Source: Rebecca billardiae RCC1528
Taxonomy: Eukaryota > Protista > Haptophyta
Direction of reading: 5' to 3'
DNA length: 64,000 nucleotides
Assembly: GCA_965240325.2 (NCBI GenBank)
Contig: OZ251224.1
Location: 1,302,001-1,366,000, forward strand
Shown: one piece after another, positions 1 to 10,970 of the stretch
How positions within the stretch are numbered: position 1 is the stretch's first letter
Layout of the letters: the number at the start of each line of letters is the position of its first letter
Program-made: the position numbers and the translations under genes
The notes under the pieces: generated by a model
What the model saw: only the letters and a program-made list of their open reading frames with translations
What the model was told of the DNA's origin: nothing
Database searches by the model: none

Positions 1-288
1 TGCATCGGGCTGACGCTCGTGATCGATGCAAAGGCGGCAGCAGCGCCTCAGACCCATGCGCAACATACACTTTTGACCGCGGCTACGTGGGGAGTGACGT
101 TGCTCCTGGCATGCAACACGGTCGCCACCCTGCTCGCCTCCACTCAGCTCGAGAGATACGGCGGCGGCATGCTCTCCTTCATCGCCACGATCTCATGCGC
201 GCTTGTGGCGAGCCGCAGCTCTTTATCGCCGCACGGCGAGACGGCGGCCGATTGCGCTGACAAACCATCTGCTGTTCAGCTGTTGTGA
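1..288 (+). CDS. Possible 3' end of an upstream membrane-protein gene
   Basis: ORF 19-288 has two hydrophobic segments (TLLTAATWGVTLLLACNTVATLLA; MLSFIATISCALVA); no family recognised. Confidence 0.3.
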   Translation, partial: CIGLTLVIDAKAAAAPQTHAQHTLLTAATWGVTLLLACNTVATLLASTQLERYGGGMLSFIATISCALVASRSSLSPHGETAADCADKPSAVQLL

Positions 289-609
289 CGCTCACGCTGT
301 CTGTGCGTTCAGTACATGCATGCACACTAACGGTCCGTGCCGTAGCCGGCCGTATTCTGAGCTGTCGCCACTGTACATACGACTCGATACAGAGTGGAGA
401 GACCGCCAGAGAGAAAGAGAGGCAGAGAGAGACGAGATCTCGAGAGAGACTAGTAGTAGCGCAGCATTCTTAACTATAGCTACTCAGAGTGTCATCATCA
501 GCCACAGCTCAGATCGACAGATAGCACATCGGACTGTCACTATGTCCAACGCAGAATAACTACGATGCTGCCACCCGTGCCACCGTCCGAAGTCAGCTAT
601 GTGCGATTC

Positions 610-3036
610 TCAAGTCAGCTCCCCAAGGCCCAACAAGTCCTTCATCACGACCAGCCTGTGCGTTGCGGACTTGCCCCAGTTGCGAAGCGAGTCCGACAGC
701 GTGCAGCTCTTGTACCCAGCAAGCCCGGAGTACCCAAAGAGGGCCTCGAGCGACCAGTCCAGGCCGCTGTACACAGCGCGGAGCGCGGCCGGCGAGAAGC
801 GGTCCACCGCAGTGCACGGATGAGGCGAGGTCTTCAGAAGCTGCATGTGCTGCTGAGCCAAGCCGAGCTGGGTGGTGCGCGAGGTGGTGGATGGCCGCGC
901 GCCACCCGCCGTCAGCGACGCACGCTCTGAGCGCGCGCAGAGCCCGAGCCCCTGCCTGAGCGCACACGCCACCGCGGCCGTCTCCAGCATCACGTCCTCG
1001 TAACGGACGACGAGGATGGGAGGCGAGCCAGGGGCGGCCGAGAAGGTCCGGCCGACGCCGGGCGCGCCCTCCCTGCCGCCGCCACTCGACCAGAAGCCAT
1101 GGCCGCCGCCGCCACCGCCGTCGGCGTCTGTGCGCCGGCGCAGATCGAACGCGTCGCGCAGCAGCCGGAGCTTGGCCGAGCGCATGCCGACGACTGAGTC
1201 GAAGGCGCGCACGCTGCACAGGCGCAGCTGAGCCGCGCTGAGCTGCGCCGCCTCGTCCGGGGACAGGCCACCCAGGAAGGGCTCGGAGCGTTGGCCACCG
1301 CTGCTGCCGCCGTCGAGCGCGTCGTCAAGCACGTCGCCGCCGCCGGAAGCGGAGGTGGTCGCGGCGTCCGCGTCTGCCGCACGCGTGGCGCTCGCGTTCA
1401 CGCGCGGCGCTCGGGCCAGAGCTAACGCCCCGGCGCACTTCTCGCGCGCACCCGCCACGCGCCACGAATACCACGGCGCGCTGACAAAGTGCTCGAGCGG
1501 CTGCTTCCGCGCCCATGGCGCCTCGGAGCTCGAGCGGTGCACCGCCAGCAGCCACTGGAGCGCCTCGCGCACCAGGACCACCACGGGCGCCTGCCGGGTC
1601 ACGTGGCGCGCGCGCAGTGAATTGCGCGCGGCGGCAAGTGCATCGAGGGCGTCGGTGGCAGCTGCCAGCACCGAGTCAGAGGCTGCCGTGCGCTGCCGCT
1701 GCTTGGGACCCACGCCGCCAGCGACATGGCGCCCCCGTTCCCACCCCGGGCTGCCATCGTCGCCACCGCCGCCCACGCCGCGCGCGTGCGCCTCCGCCTC
1801 GCGCTCGCCGAGGCCGACCCCAGCCTCCACCTCGTGGCAGAAATTCGAGCCGAGCAGGTCGGCCACAATCCGGAGGCCGGCGTGGCTCTCACCCACGACG
1901 TGCACCACCGGGTTCAGCGGGCGGTTCTGCGACCGTTCTGGCGCGCCGTCAGCGGGCGCGCCTGAGCCGCCGAGCCCCTCGCGAGCGCACGCTGTGCACC
2001 CCCGTGCCGCCTTCTCGTGCGCAGCCCTTCTTTGGCGTTCGGCGGGTGCCCGCCCCTCGCCGCCATCGCCGCCCTCGCCACTGCCACCGCCGCCTGGTGG
2101 GCCAGGCGGTAACGCCGGGAAGGCCACGCCCGGGCAGAGGGCAGCCCACGTGTCCGGGAGGCGGAGGGAAGTGAGCTTGCCAGAGTCGACCACCCGCCAG
2201 TACCGGCTCCAGTGCGTCAGTCCGCTCGAGTTGATGAAGTGCAGCGCGTCACCGCGGTGCCCAGTCGCGCGCATCCCTGCGTAGATCAGTGCCCGGTTGA
2301 CGTGCCGCGTGGAGTGCAGCAGAAGCGGAATGCCCCGACTCGCGAGGTAGTCCGAGGTGAGGAGGTCGTCGGAGATGCGCGCGTCAGGGTCGTTGGTCAG
2401 CGCGAGCATGTGCGCCTCATACGCACGCACGTCTCTCGCCAGCGGCTCGAGCGGAATCCGCCATCCTGCAAACGCCTCGCACACGTCGAGGTGCGTGTGG
2501 TGCTTCCTCAGGTCGACGACAGAGGCGATGCCTTCGGGCTTGGCGATGGTGCGCGCGGTGAGTCGGAAGCCCGAGGCCGACTCGGAGCGGTCAGGCCGCG
2601 CGGACGCCGCGTATGAGTAGCCCAACCCGCGCGGGTACAGGACGTCATCATCAACGAGCACGATGTGCGTGCGCGCGATCGCAGCGGCGCGGGCGCTGTC
2701 CGCAAGCCCAAGGCGCGCGCCGATCGCGTCGATGCGGTTCTCGATGAGGTAACGCACGGTAGGCACGATCTTGGTTGCGGGCCCCCAGTCGTGGCCACAC
2801 CGGTTGATCGTCGCGCGTGCCGTCACTTGCTCCGGCAGCGCCTCTGGGTAGGTCTCGCCCGTGCGCGTGAAGACGACAGGAAGGTTGAGAATGATCTCGT
2901 CGAAGGGGCGCGTCTGATGCTTGGCATCGAGCGAGACGAGCGTGGGGAGAATGCTACCTATGCGCGTGGGCGTCGTCGTCAGGCTCGCCACGAGGTACAC
3001 CGCCCCCGCGACCCCATGGCTGTGGGTAGGGGGCAT
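610..3036 (-). CDS. GT-A glycosyltransferase-like domain fused to a sulfotransferase-like domain
   Basis: N-terminal SLTTTPTRI...DWGPATKIVP...IVLVDDDVLYP (DxD); C-terminal VVGESHAG..LLGSNF, VVVLVRE..QWL and VVRYEDV resemble sulfotransferase motifs. Confidence 0.65.
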   Translation of the reverse strand: MPPTHSHGVAGAVYLVASLTTTPTRIGSILPTLVSLDAKHQTRPFDEIILNLPVVFTRTGETYPEALPEQVTARATINRCGHDWGPATKIVPTVRYLIENRIDAIGARLGLADSARAAAIARTHIVLVDDDVLYPRGLGYSYAASARPDRSESASGFRLTARTIAKPEGIASVVDLRKHHTHLDVCEAFAGWRIPLEPLARDVRAYEAHMLALTNDPDARISDDLLTSDYLASRGIPLLLHSTRHVNRALIYAGMRATGHRGDALHFINSSGLTHWSRYWRVVDSGKLTSLRLPDTWAALCPGVAFPALPPGPPGGGGSGEGGDGGEGRAPAERQRRAAHEKAARGCTACAREGLGGSGAPADGAPERSQNRPLNPVVHVVGESHAGLRIVADLLGSNFCHEVEAGVGLGEREAEAHARGVGGGGDDGSPGWERGRHVAGGVGPKQRQRTAASDSVLAAATDALDALAAARNSLRARHVTRQAPVVVLVREALQWLLAVHRSSSEAPWARKQPLEHFVSAPWYSWRVAGAREKCAGALALARAPRVNASATRAADADAATTSASGGGDVLDDALDGGSSGGQRSEPFLGGLSPDEAAQLSAAQLRLCSVRAFDSVVGMRSAKLRLLRDAFDLRRRTDADGGGGGGHGFWSSGGGREGAPGVGRTFSAAPGSPPILVVRYEDVMLETAAVACALRQGLGLCARSERASLTAGGARPSTTSRTTQLGLAQQHMQLLKTSPHPCTAVDRFSPAALRAVYSGLDWSLEALFGYSGLAGYKSCTLSDSLRNWGKSATHRLVVMKDLLGLGELT

Positions 3037-3129
3037 CGGCGACGGGGATCGATCTTATCGTAGTCGGCAGCAAGATTAGTACCAAGGGCGTTCCCGAGCG
3101 ACCGGTCGGGATCCTGCCACACGCTCCCG

Positions 3130-3165
3130 AAAAGCAAAGCCCCCCCTGGGGGGGCTTTGCCTTTT
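3130..3165. repeat. Short intergenic hairpin (GCAAAGCCC...GGGCTTTGC)
   Basis: Inverted repeat seen directly. Confidence 0.6.
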
Positions 3166-3616
3166 TCCGTATTCAATGTACCCGGTTCAAATGGACGAAG
3201 CCCGTTCCGATAGGAAGACGGTTCAATTTGGCGTACAGTATGACCGATGCGAGGAACGCCCCTGGCTATGATACGTACACTAATTTCAATGGCGGTGGAA
3301 TCTGACGACCGATCTGACGACGTCCTCCCAAATCTCGTGAGCTTCTTGGACTACGCTTCTGCGGCGGCGATCGCCCGCGTCGATGGTGCGAGCGGCGGTG
3401 TTGATCGTGGTCGCGCACGGCATCGTGTGCGGTGGCACGAGCAAGCCACAACCGAGAACGGATGTGCTCAGGTCATGCATGAACGCGCCGATGGATGTGC
3501 GCCCCAATGCAGCAGAATCACATCGTGCGCGCGCGTCGCGTCGCGGGGGGCGTTGAGCTCATAGCGCACAGAGCAGGGCCACGCGTGCCCTGTGATCCGG
3601 TTCTCGTGACTCGCGT

Positions 3617-4507
3617 GTGACGTTTTACACGACTCACACGCTTCCCTCGTCCCTTTGCGCCACCTGTGCAGAGCTCGCGGCGGGCCAGGCCGTGCTGCGC
3701 AGCAGAGCAGGGCCAAAGCTGGCAGGCGTCGCTGTTCGGGACATTCGCGCGCCAACCGGCGTGGTCCTCGCGCAGATACTCGACGTGGAGGGATCCGTAG
3801 GCAAGGCGCCGTACCTGGTCTCTAACAAGATCTACGCCAATTGCACGCACGCCGACGGCTCGGTCGAGATCCGCAGCGCGTATGTTCTGAATTATTTCAG
3901 CTTCTTCATCAGAGTCTCCCTCGTGCACACATTCGTGCCTCAGCACCGGTGCTTGACGTGGACAATCGACACGTCGCGCCACAGCGACCTCGTGCAGTCC
4001 ATCGGCTACTGGCGCGCCGACCCGCACCCCAACGGCCAGCAGCACACGCGGCTGTACTACTCGGCGGACATGCTGATGCAGAACGTGCCCAAGAAGCTGA
4101 CGAAGCTGCTCACGCCACTCACGCTTTCAACGTCGATGGCGTGGGCGAAGGAGCACGCAGAACTTGCGCACCGCCCGGCCCGAGCGTTGTTGGCACCCAC
4201 GGCACCCACGGCACCCTTGGCGGCGGCCTTAGCCGCCCTGCGCAAACGCCCCTGCTCTGCCACATCAAATGTTGACCACAACGTGCATGATGGCATGCTG
4301 AGGTGGCGACTGCAGAACTCAACGTCCACCAGGCCGAGGAAGCCGAGCCTGCAGGAGGGGGGGCATTGGACAACGACTCGACGTTCGCCGCCGGTATCGA
4401 ATAAGCCGCGCTGGTGGATTGGGGGGGGCGGCGCAGTGCTGACGACTTCATCTGCTACTGCTACTGCTAGCACTAGGCGTAGCAGTAGTGCTGCTACGAC
4501 TGAATAG
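3617..4507 (+). CDS. START/SRPBCC (polyketide cyclase-like) domain protein; 5' end unresolved
   Basis: VRDIRAPTGVVLAQILD...LTWTID..RHSDLVQSIGYW...TRLYYSADM pattern; low-complexity C-terminus. Confidence 0.6.
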   Translation: MTFYTTHTLPSSLCATCAELAAGQAVLRSRAGPKLAGVAVRDIRAPTGVVLAQILDVEGSVGKAPYLVSNKIYANCTHADGSVEIRSAYVLNYFSFFIRVSLVHTFVPQHRCLTWTIDTSRHSDLVQSIGYWRADPHPNGQQHTRLYYSADMLMQNVPKKLTKLLTPLTLSTSMAWAKEHAELAHRPARALLAPTAPTAPLAAALAALRKRPCSATSNVDHNVHDGMLRWRLQNSTSTRPRKPSLQEGGHWTTTRRSPPVSNKPRWWIGGGGAVLTTSSATATASTRRSSSAATTE

Positions 4508-4687
4508 CAGAACTAATAGCGCTGCTGCTAGCTGAGTGCTACTGCGTGCTCAGTCTCATACTGTTAGTATATAGCCAGTTTATTCGGTTACATACTGACG
4601 CCGAAAATATATTCCTGATATGGCATCATAGCATCACTGTATTAATAAATAATTCACCAGCAGTCCCGGGTCCGACTAGCAAGCATA

Positions 4688-4871
<184 letters not shown>

Positions 4872-5605
4872 AGCAAGTAGCAGCCTGACGACGAGGTCGA
4901 CTGCTCGGATGACTCCGGACGTCCGTCGAGTGAGTGCCAGTCACAGTGCGAGTGTGTCTGTGTGAGTGAGACTGAGTCATCGTCAGTCGCCGCGGACGGA
5001 CGACGTCGGCGCCCCTGACTTCAGACTAACCTGCTAGTAGTCATCTATAGTGCCTATAGGTCAATAGGAGTGCTTAGATACTAGTGACTAGTTGCCTATT
5101 CGCCAGCTGCTCACGGCTCGGTAACCCGACCAGACCGATCCGTCAGTCAGTCAGAGTGACCGGCGCCGGAGACGACGACGTCACTGGCGGCAGCAAAGTG
5201 CATGTCGCATGACCTTGATGTCCTTGATTGATTGATCGCGTGACGGTCGCGCGCATCAGCATTCAGCGGCCCGTGAGTGAACGTCGTTCGTCGGTATACT
5301 GATGTGACACACACGCCCACGGTATCGTGGCTGATCAGAGGGTCTTGCTCTCAGTGAATAGTAGTGACAGTGTCATCGTCCGCAGACCGCCTGACTCTGA
5401 GTTTGAGCCGGCTGCCAGCCCGCAGCCGCCCTGCCGTCAACGCGGACGGATGACCGGCGGACCGGGCGCGTACACGTAACACGACAGTATAACAGCTCAG
5501 TAGCTAGTTGACACGTCTGTCACGTGCGCGCACACGGCGGATGGCACCCCCGGGCCTACCGGCCCAGGCTTATTATCTACTCGGACGACGACAATTCTGG
5601 CACAA

Positions 5606-5745
<140 letters not shown>

Positions 5746-5977
5746 CTATATATTAATTCCGGAAGTCGTCTTGCTTCCGATCGTCATTTCCGACTACGCG
5801 ACTCTGATCGACTGCTGCTAGCTAGCGCGTTTCGTCGTAACTGTAATATTATCGGGTCGTCGCCATCATCGCGGAGCTGAGGCTACAGTATGCCCACGCC
5901 CCCCGGGGAGTGTCGTGCCAGCAGCCTGCAGCCCCGGAGCAGTACATACGGACAGTAGTGTCCGCATCGTGATAGTG

Positions 5978-7086
5978 TCAGAAAGCAGCCATCTTGTCGA
6001 AGTCCGCCTGCATCTGAGGTGCGGGCGAGGCCGTGACGTGGGCGTGGGCGTGGGCGGGGCAGGCATTCGCACATCAGCCGCATGGCGCACAGGACGCGGA
6101 GCCGGGTCTCCGACTGAGACGAGGGCGCGAGGGCGGGGGGGGGAGGGGTGCGCGCGTACTTCCTGCAGCCGCGCCTGCGTGCGCTCGGCCGCCTCATGAC
6201 TAGTCTCCGAGCGCTCGATCGCCGCCTGCAGCTGCTCGCAGATCTGCTCCTGCGCCATCACCGAATTGCACAGCAGCACGATCAGCCGCTTGCGGTCGCT
6301 CAGCTCCGCCTCCAGCTCGGCGCGGTGGCCGGCAAGCATGCGCACCACCTCGTCACTCTCGGCCATCAGCGCCTGCAGGTGGGCGGGGTCGTCGGCCACG
6401 AGCTCGCCTTCACCCAGGTAGAGCGGGTTGATGTCCCGCTCCTGCGCGCTCGACGTCGCATCGAGCACGTCGCTGGTTTGCAGCTGGCGCAGGCAGTCGG
6501 GCAGCTGCTGGAGCGAGGGCGCAGGCGGCGTGCGCGGGCTAGTGGGCGGCAGCGCGGCCGGCGGCTTCGGCTGAGACGGCGGCGGGGCCTGCGGCGGCGG
6601 CGGGGCCTTGGGCGGCGGCACGGTAGCAGCCGCCGTGCTCGATGGCGCCGTCGCCGTGCCCGTCAGCTGCGCCCGCAGGGCGACGAGCTGTGCCGACGAC
6701 ACAGCATTCCGCTCCTCGAGGATGTTGATGATGCGCGTGATCTTCTCGCGCACCGCCGGCGGCGATCCAGCGTAGACGAGCGGCATCACGTCGATCATGC
6801 GCGCTGCGAACGCCTCGCACACCTCGGGCGCTCGCCGTCTTGAGGTCTGCAGCACGTCGTTGAGCAGGTACACGAAGAGCAAGTGCCGCTCGGGCGGCGC
6901 ATTCAGAGTCTCGCGTGACCAGATGTCCGCCGCCTGCGTGGCGTTGCGGTGGTGGTAGCGCAGCCAGTGCGAGAGGGTGTTGATGCTCTGCTGCGTCTCG
7001 TTCAGCGCGGTCAGCTTGGCAACAAACGATTCGGCGAAGTCGGGCGGCCCGTCCGCGTTAGCCCCGGCGCCAGGTTCGTACGCCAT
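5978..7086 (-). CDS. RPRD1: CID-domain protein, RPRD1/Rtt103-like; exons 7086-6160 and 6013-5978
   Basis: KLTALNETQQSINTLSHWL..H and LLFVYLLNDVLQTSRRR (CTD-interacting domain), then a coiled coil; GT-AG intron 6159-6014 gives the C-terminus MQADFDKMAAF*. Confidence 0.85.
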
Positions 7087-7258
7087 GGTCCCGGTCCCGG
7101 GCGCTGCACCACCCTTGCTGCTGAGCTCGGCACGCGGCCGGCGCCGCCGCCGCCGCCGCGGCTCGCGCTGTCACCGGACTTTCGAGCCTGGCGGGTGGAC
7201 AGTGCAGCCGCACGACGCGAGCGCCCGCGAGGACGTGTGCCACACGCGCTTGGACCAC

Positions 7259-9169
7259 ATGAGCGGCGCGGGCGGGGCTTCGCACTGGGGCCACTCGAAG
7301 GAGCTCGCCGAGCTCTGCGAGCGTCGGCTAGGCTGGACCCCCCCCGATTACATCGATCTCCTGCCCGACTCGCACCCGCCGGACGTGACGCCCCTGACGC
7401 TCTTCAAGGCGCAGGGCCACAACCAACGCGACCACCCGTTGTATCGAACCAAGATGTGCAGCAAACGGCACGAGCCGGGCGGCTGTCCGCGAGGACAGCG
7501 GTGTGCCTTCGCGCACACCGAGGCGGAGCTTCGTCCGATGCCGCAGCCGCCCGAGGGCTCGGAGTACCTGTACGAGGTGCGCGTGCGGGACGCGCGAGGC
7601 GTGGAGCATCGCGCGCGCGGCAGCCGCCCGCGGCACCGGGCGCTGGTCGCCAAGGACGACGCGGCCTTCGAGCTTCTCCTCGTGCTGGGCGAGATCAAGC
7701 GGCCGGCGCGCTCCGAGCCGACTCCAACCGAGCCCTCCGCGCGCGAGCCCGAGGCCGCGGGCGCCGCCGAGCCGATCCCGGCCAAGACGGTGCACATGAT
7801 TGTGGACATGCTCACGCTGCTCGTGCACGAGGAGGGCGTCGCGCGGCACTGGGCGTGCAGCTGCTGCGGCCCGGGCGGCACGCACTGGGTCAACTCGCTT
7901 GGCGGCTCGCTCGGCTCGAGCTACCCCGAGCTGATGGCCCAGATCCGCAGCAGCGCGCACGGCAGCTTTGCGTCCTTCCTCAACGAGCACGGCGCGCAGG
8001 TGCTGCGGGAGGCGTACAAGGCGGCCGAGCTGGACAACGACGACGCGGCGGGGCGCGACGCGGTGGAGCCGGCGGCGCGGCCGCCCGTCCCGAGCGCGCC
8101 GAGCGCGCCGAGCGCGCCGAGCGCGCCGCCGCCGCCGCCGCCGCCGCCCAGCGCGCTGTCGGAGGCCGAGCACGCGCTCGAGTACCTCTCGAGCATCGAG
8201 CTGACCAAGGGCACGCCCGGCCGGTTCAGGCCGCTCGCGCCTTTGCTCGCGCCGCAGGCGGCGGGCGGCAAGTGCGTGGGACCGGTGCACCCCGTCGTGC
8301 TCGGCTGCCTCCGCGAGGCGGGCGCGGCCGGTGTCGACGTCCCGCAGCTCAAGCATCAGCTCGACGCGCGGCTCGCACAGCCGCCGCACAACGTGAGCCG
8401 CAAGATGCGGACGAGGCAGCTCGTCGAGTACCTGAGCGCCTTCCCCGGCGCGGTGAGGATTAACGCCGGGCGGGGCGCGGATGGGCGCGTCTCGCACCGC
8501 GCGGTGCTGAGGGCGGAGGCGCAGCCGATCGTGCCCGCCGCCGAGCCGAGCCCGCCGCCGCCGCCGCCGCCGATCCCGCCAGCGCCGATGCCGATGCCGG
8601 CGCCGCCGCCGCCGCCCACCATGCCTCTCGCCATGCCGCAGCCGCCGCCAGGGCTGAGCGCGGCGTCTGCGGCGCAGCCTGCGCCCGTGCAGGCGAACGG
8701 CACGGGGGCGCAGGCACACGCGGCCGCGGAGGTGCAGTTCGCGCCGCCGCCGCTGGCGCCGTCGGCCGGCGCCGCCGCCATGGCGCAGCCCGCGATCCCT
8801 CCTCCCAACGTGGGCGCGGGCGCGCCGCCGGCGTCTGGTGCGGGCGCGGCCGGCGGCGAGCTGGAGGCCGAGCTGCACGCGCAAGTCGTGTCGCTCGAGA
8901 AGCAGCTGGCCGCCCTGCGTGCGCGAGAGGCCGCGTCCGTGTGCCTCATCTGCAGGGAGTCGCCGCGCGACGCGCTCGTGCTCCCGTGCAGGCACCTCAT
9001 GTTCTGCACGATCTGCCTGGGCAGCAGCACGAGCGAGGGCGCTGCGGCCGATGCGCACGGGGCCGGCGGCGCGTTGCGGATCAAGACGTGCCCCGCGTGC
9101 AACATCCCCGTGACGGGCGTCCTCGCGGGCGTCCTCACCCTGGACTCGTGGAAGCGTACCACCAACTGA
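7259..9169 (+). CDS. Putative RNA-binding RING E3 ligase: dsRBD-like fold with inserted CCCH finger, two LOTUS/OST-HTH-like domains, C3HC4 RING
   Basis: YRTKMCSKRHEPGGCPRGQRCAFAH (CCCH); CLICRESPRDALVLPCRHLMFCTIC...CPAC (RING); start taken at ATG 7259 because the longer ORF overlaps RPRD1. Confidence 0.8.
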   Translation: MSGAGGASHWGHSKELAELCERRLGWTPPDYIDLLPDSHPPDVTPLTLFKAQGHNQRDHPLYRTKMCSKRHEPGGCPRGQRCAFAHTEAELRPMPQPPEGSEYLYEVRVRDARGVEHRARGSRPRHRALVAKDDAAFELLLVLGEIKRPARSEPTPTEPSAREPEAAGAAEPIPAKTVHMIVDMLTLLVHEEGVARHWACSCCGPGGTHWVNSLGGSLGSSYPELMAQIRSSAHGSFASFLNEHGAQVLREAYKAAELDNDDAAGRDAVEPAARPPVPSAPSAPSAPSAPPPPPPPPSALSEAEHALEYLSSIELTKGTPGRFRPLAPLLAPQAAGGKCVGPVHPVVLGCLREAGAAGVDVPQLKHQLDARLAQPPHNVSRKMRTRQLVEYLSAFPGAVRINAGRGADGRVSHRAVLRAEAQPIVPAAEPSPPPPPPPIPPAPMPMPAPPPPPTMPLAMPQPPPGLSAASAAQPAPVQANGTGAQAHAAAEVQFAPPPLAPSAGAAAMAQPAIPPPNVGAGAPPASGAGAAGGELEAELHAQVVSLEKQLAALRAREAASVCLICRESPRDALVLPCRHLMFCTICLGSSTSEGAAADAHGAGGALRIKTCPACNIPVTGVLAGVLTLDSWKRTTN

Positions 9170-9636
9170 GCGTGGTCCCTTGGCCTGGAAACGGCGCCAC
9201 CGGCCCCGCTCAAGGCGCTCAACCAGCCGCCAACGGCAGCTGAACGGCAGCAACCCCTGGCCACGCACCGGTAGCTAGTTGTGACTGACAGACAGACAGT
9301 CACAGTGGCAACATCGTCGGACAGTCCGCCGCGCGCCACACTGCGCGCTGTCACTGGCCCACTGGGCACTGCCAAATTGTACTGACTAAGCGTACTCACT
9401 CAAGCAGTGTCATGAGTGACACTGTACCGTAGCCATCTGTTGTGATGAACGACTATCTACTGTGAACTGTCTCAGTCTCACGAGTCCGTCCCGCGGTGCC
9501 TCCGGGAGTCCGCAATTTCTGTCGTATTAGCGATTTCAGCGCCATCGTCCTACCGGGCCCGCGCCGTGCTGCCCACGCCCACGGTGGCCGGCTGGCCGCC
9601 CGTCCTCTCACTTGACTCGCGACCCGGAGTGCCGCC

Positions 9637-10548
9637 ATGAACACCAGGTCCACCCTCCGGATGCTCGCCGTGCTGGGTGCCACGGCGCTTGTCTTCGTGC
9701 TTATAGTTGTAACGGCAACCTCTGGGATGAACTTCCTCGTCGTGCGTGGAACCGCCTCCGCGGTCAATCTGAAGGACGGGAACTTCCAGGCGTCAACGAC
9801 ATCGTTTAGCCTCTACGGGCAAACGGCGTGCGGATGCCAGAACCAGCAGGCGCTTATCGACAGCCTCGCGGATATAGATTGGTACGGCGCCGCTACGCCC
9901 GCCTGGCTCGGTTCACCGTACTCCGACGCCTATCCGAACACGGGCTGGAACTGCGACGCGTGCCCCAGCCAAGAGTGCAACGCGAATCTGAAGACGGCAG
10001 GCATCCCTTTCAACAACTGTGCCAAAGGGCCCGCCGGATGCATGCAATGCCTGGAGCTGACTGTGCTTGGCACGCCAAACATCTACGGAGTGTCGAAAGT
10101 GCCCGCGGGCACGGTCGTGAACGCGGTCGTGCTGGACAACTGCGAGATGAACAACCAGTACGGCAACAACGAGCAGTGGTGTGTCCCGTTCTCTGACGTC
10201 CCGGCTGGTGGATGTGAGCTTGGGCCCGAACCAGGAGACCCGGCCTGTGCTGAGCCGGCATGTGCGACGACCCTCAGTTCGACGGCTGTCACGCAGGTTG
10301 GCGGCTCGTGGTCCGCCGGCGTCTGGGACTTTGGTGCGTGCGGTTCGGCAGAAGCTTTCACGTGCACGAACGGCGCCGGACAGCCCGCGCACGTGGACCT
10401 GGCCCTCGACCAGGTCTCGAAGCGGCCGTGGGATGACACGACTCTCAACCCGCTCGTCACGGTCAAGTACATCTCCTGTCCCGACGAAGTCGAGAGCCTC
10501 TTCAAGGAAAATTGTGCTTCTCAGTCCGGCACCGAGTGCACCTACTGA
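9637..10548 (+). CDS. Secreted or signal-anchored Cys-rich GH45/expansin-like (DPBB) protein
   Basis: Hydrophobic N-terminus; TT..ACGC, GCMQCLELT, VVLDNC..NEQWC, HVDL (HFD-like) and NPLVTVKYISCP. Confidence 0.7.
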   Translation: MNTRSTLRMLAVLGATALVFVLIVVTATSGMNFLVVRGTASAVNLKDGNFQASTTSFSLYGQTACGCQNQQALIDSLADIDWYGAATPAWLGSPYSDAYPNTGWNCDACPSQECNANLKTAGIPFNNCAKGPAGCMQCLELTVLGTPNIYGVSKVPAGTVVNAVVLDNCEMNNQYGNNEQWCVPFSDVPAGGCELGPEPGDPACAEPACATTLSSTAVTQVGGSWSAGVWDFGACGSAEAFTCTNGAGQPAHVDLALDQVSKRPWDDTTLNPLVTVKYISCPDEVESLFKENCASQSGTECTY

Positions 10549-10970
10549 GTGGCCGCGCCGCACTGACCGACCGATCGAGCGCTGATTTGTGCGCGCTGAA
10601 GGGCTCGGGCGCGCAGCGGACGGCGGTGCCGCAGGTCAGCCCGATTCGGACCGTTGCTCTAGCGCCCTACTTGCTGACGCCATCTGCCATCGTCATCGAT
10701 TTTCCGCGGCCCGGCGGTCAGCTCGCAGTCGTCGTCGGCGAGCGCGCGGCTCCCCAGCAATCCGTTCACTGAACCCGTGCTCGAGTGCACGGTGCGGCGA
10801 GCGGCCGAGCGCCGACGGTTTAGATTTTCAATTTAGCGTGTCCTGGTCCTCGGCCAAGCAGTTGCTTCGGCGGTCCGGCGGGCCGCCGGGCCGGGGCCTG
10901 CCAAGCTTGGCGCCATTTCTTCGATCGTCTTCCACGCTTCGTCGCGGAGGTGCATCGCACGACGCTGCTG

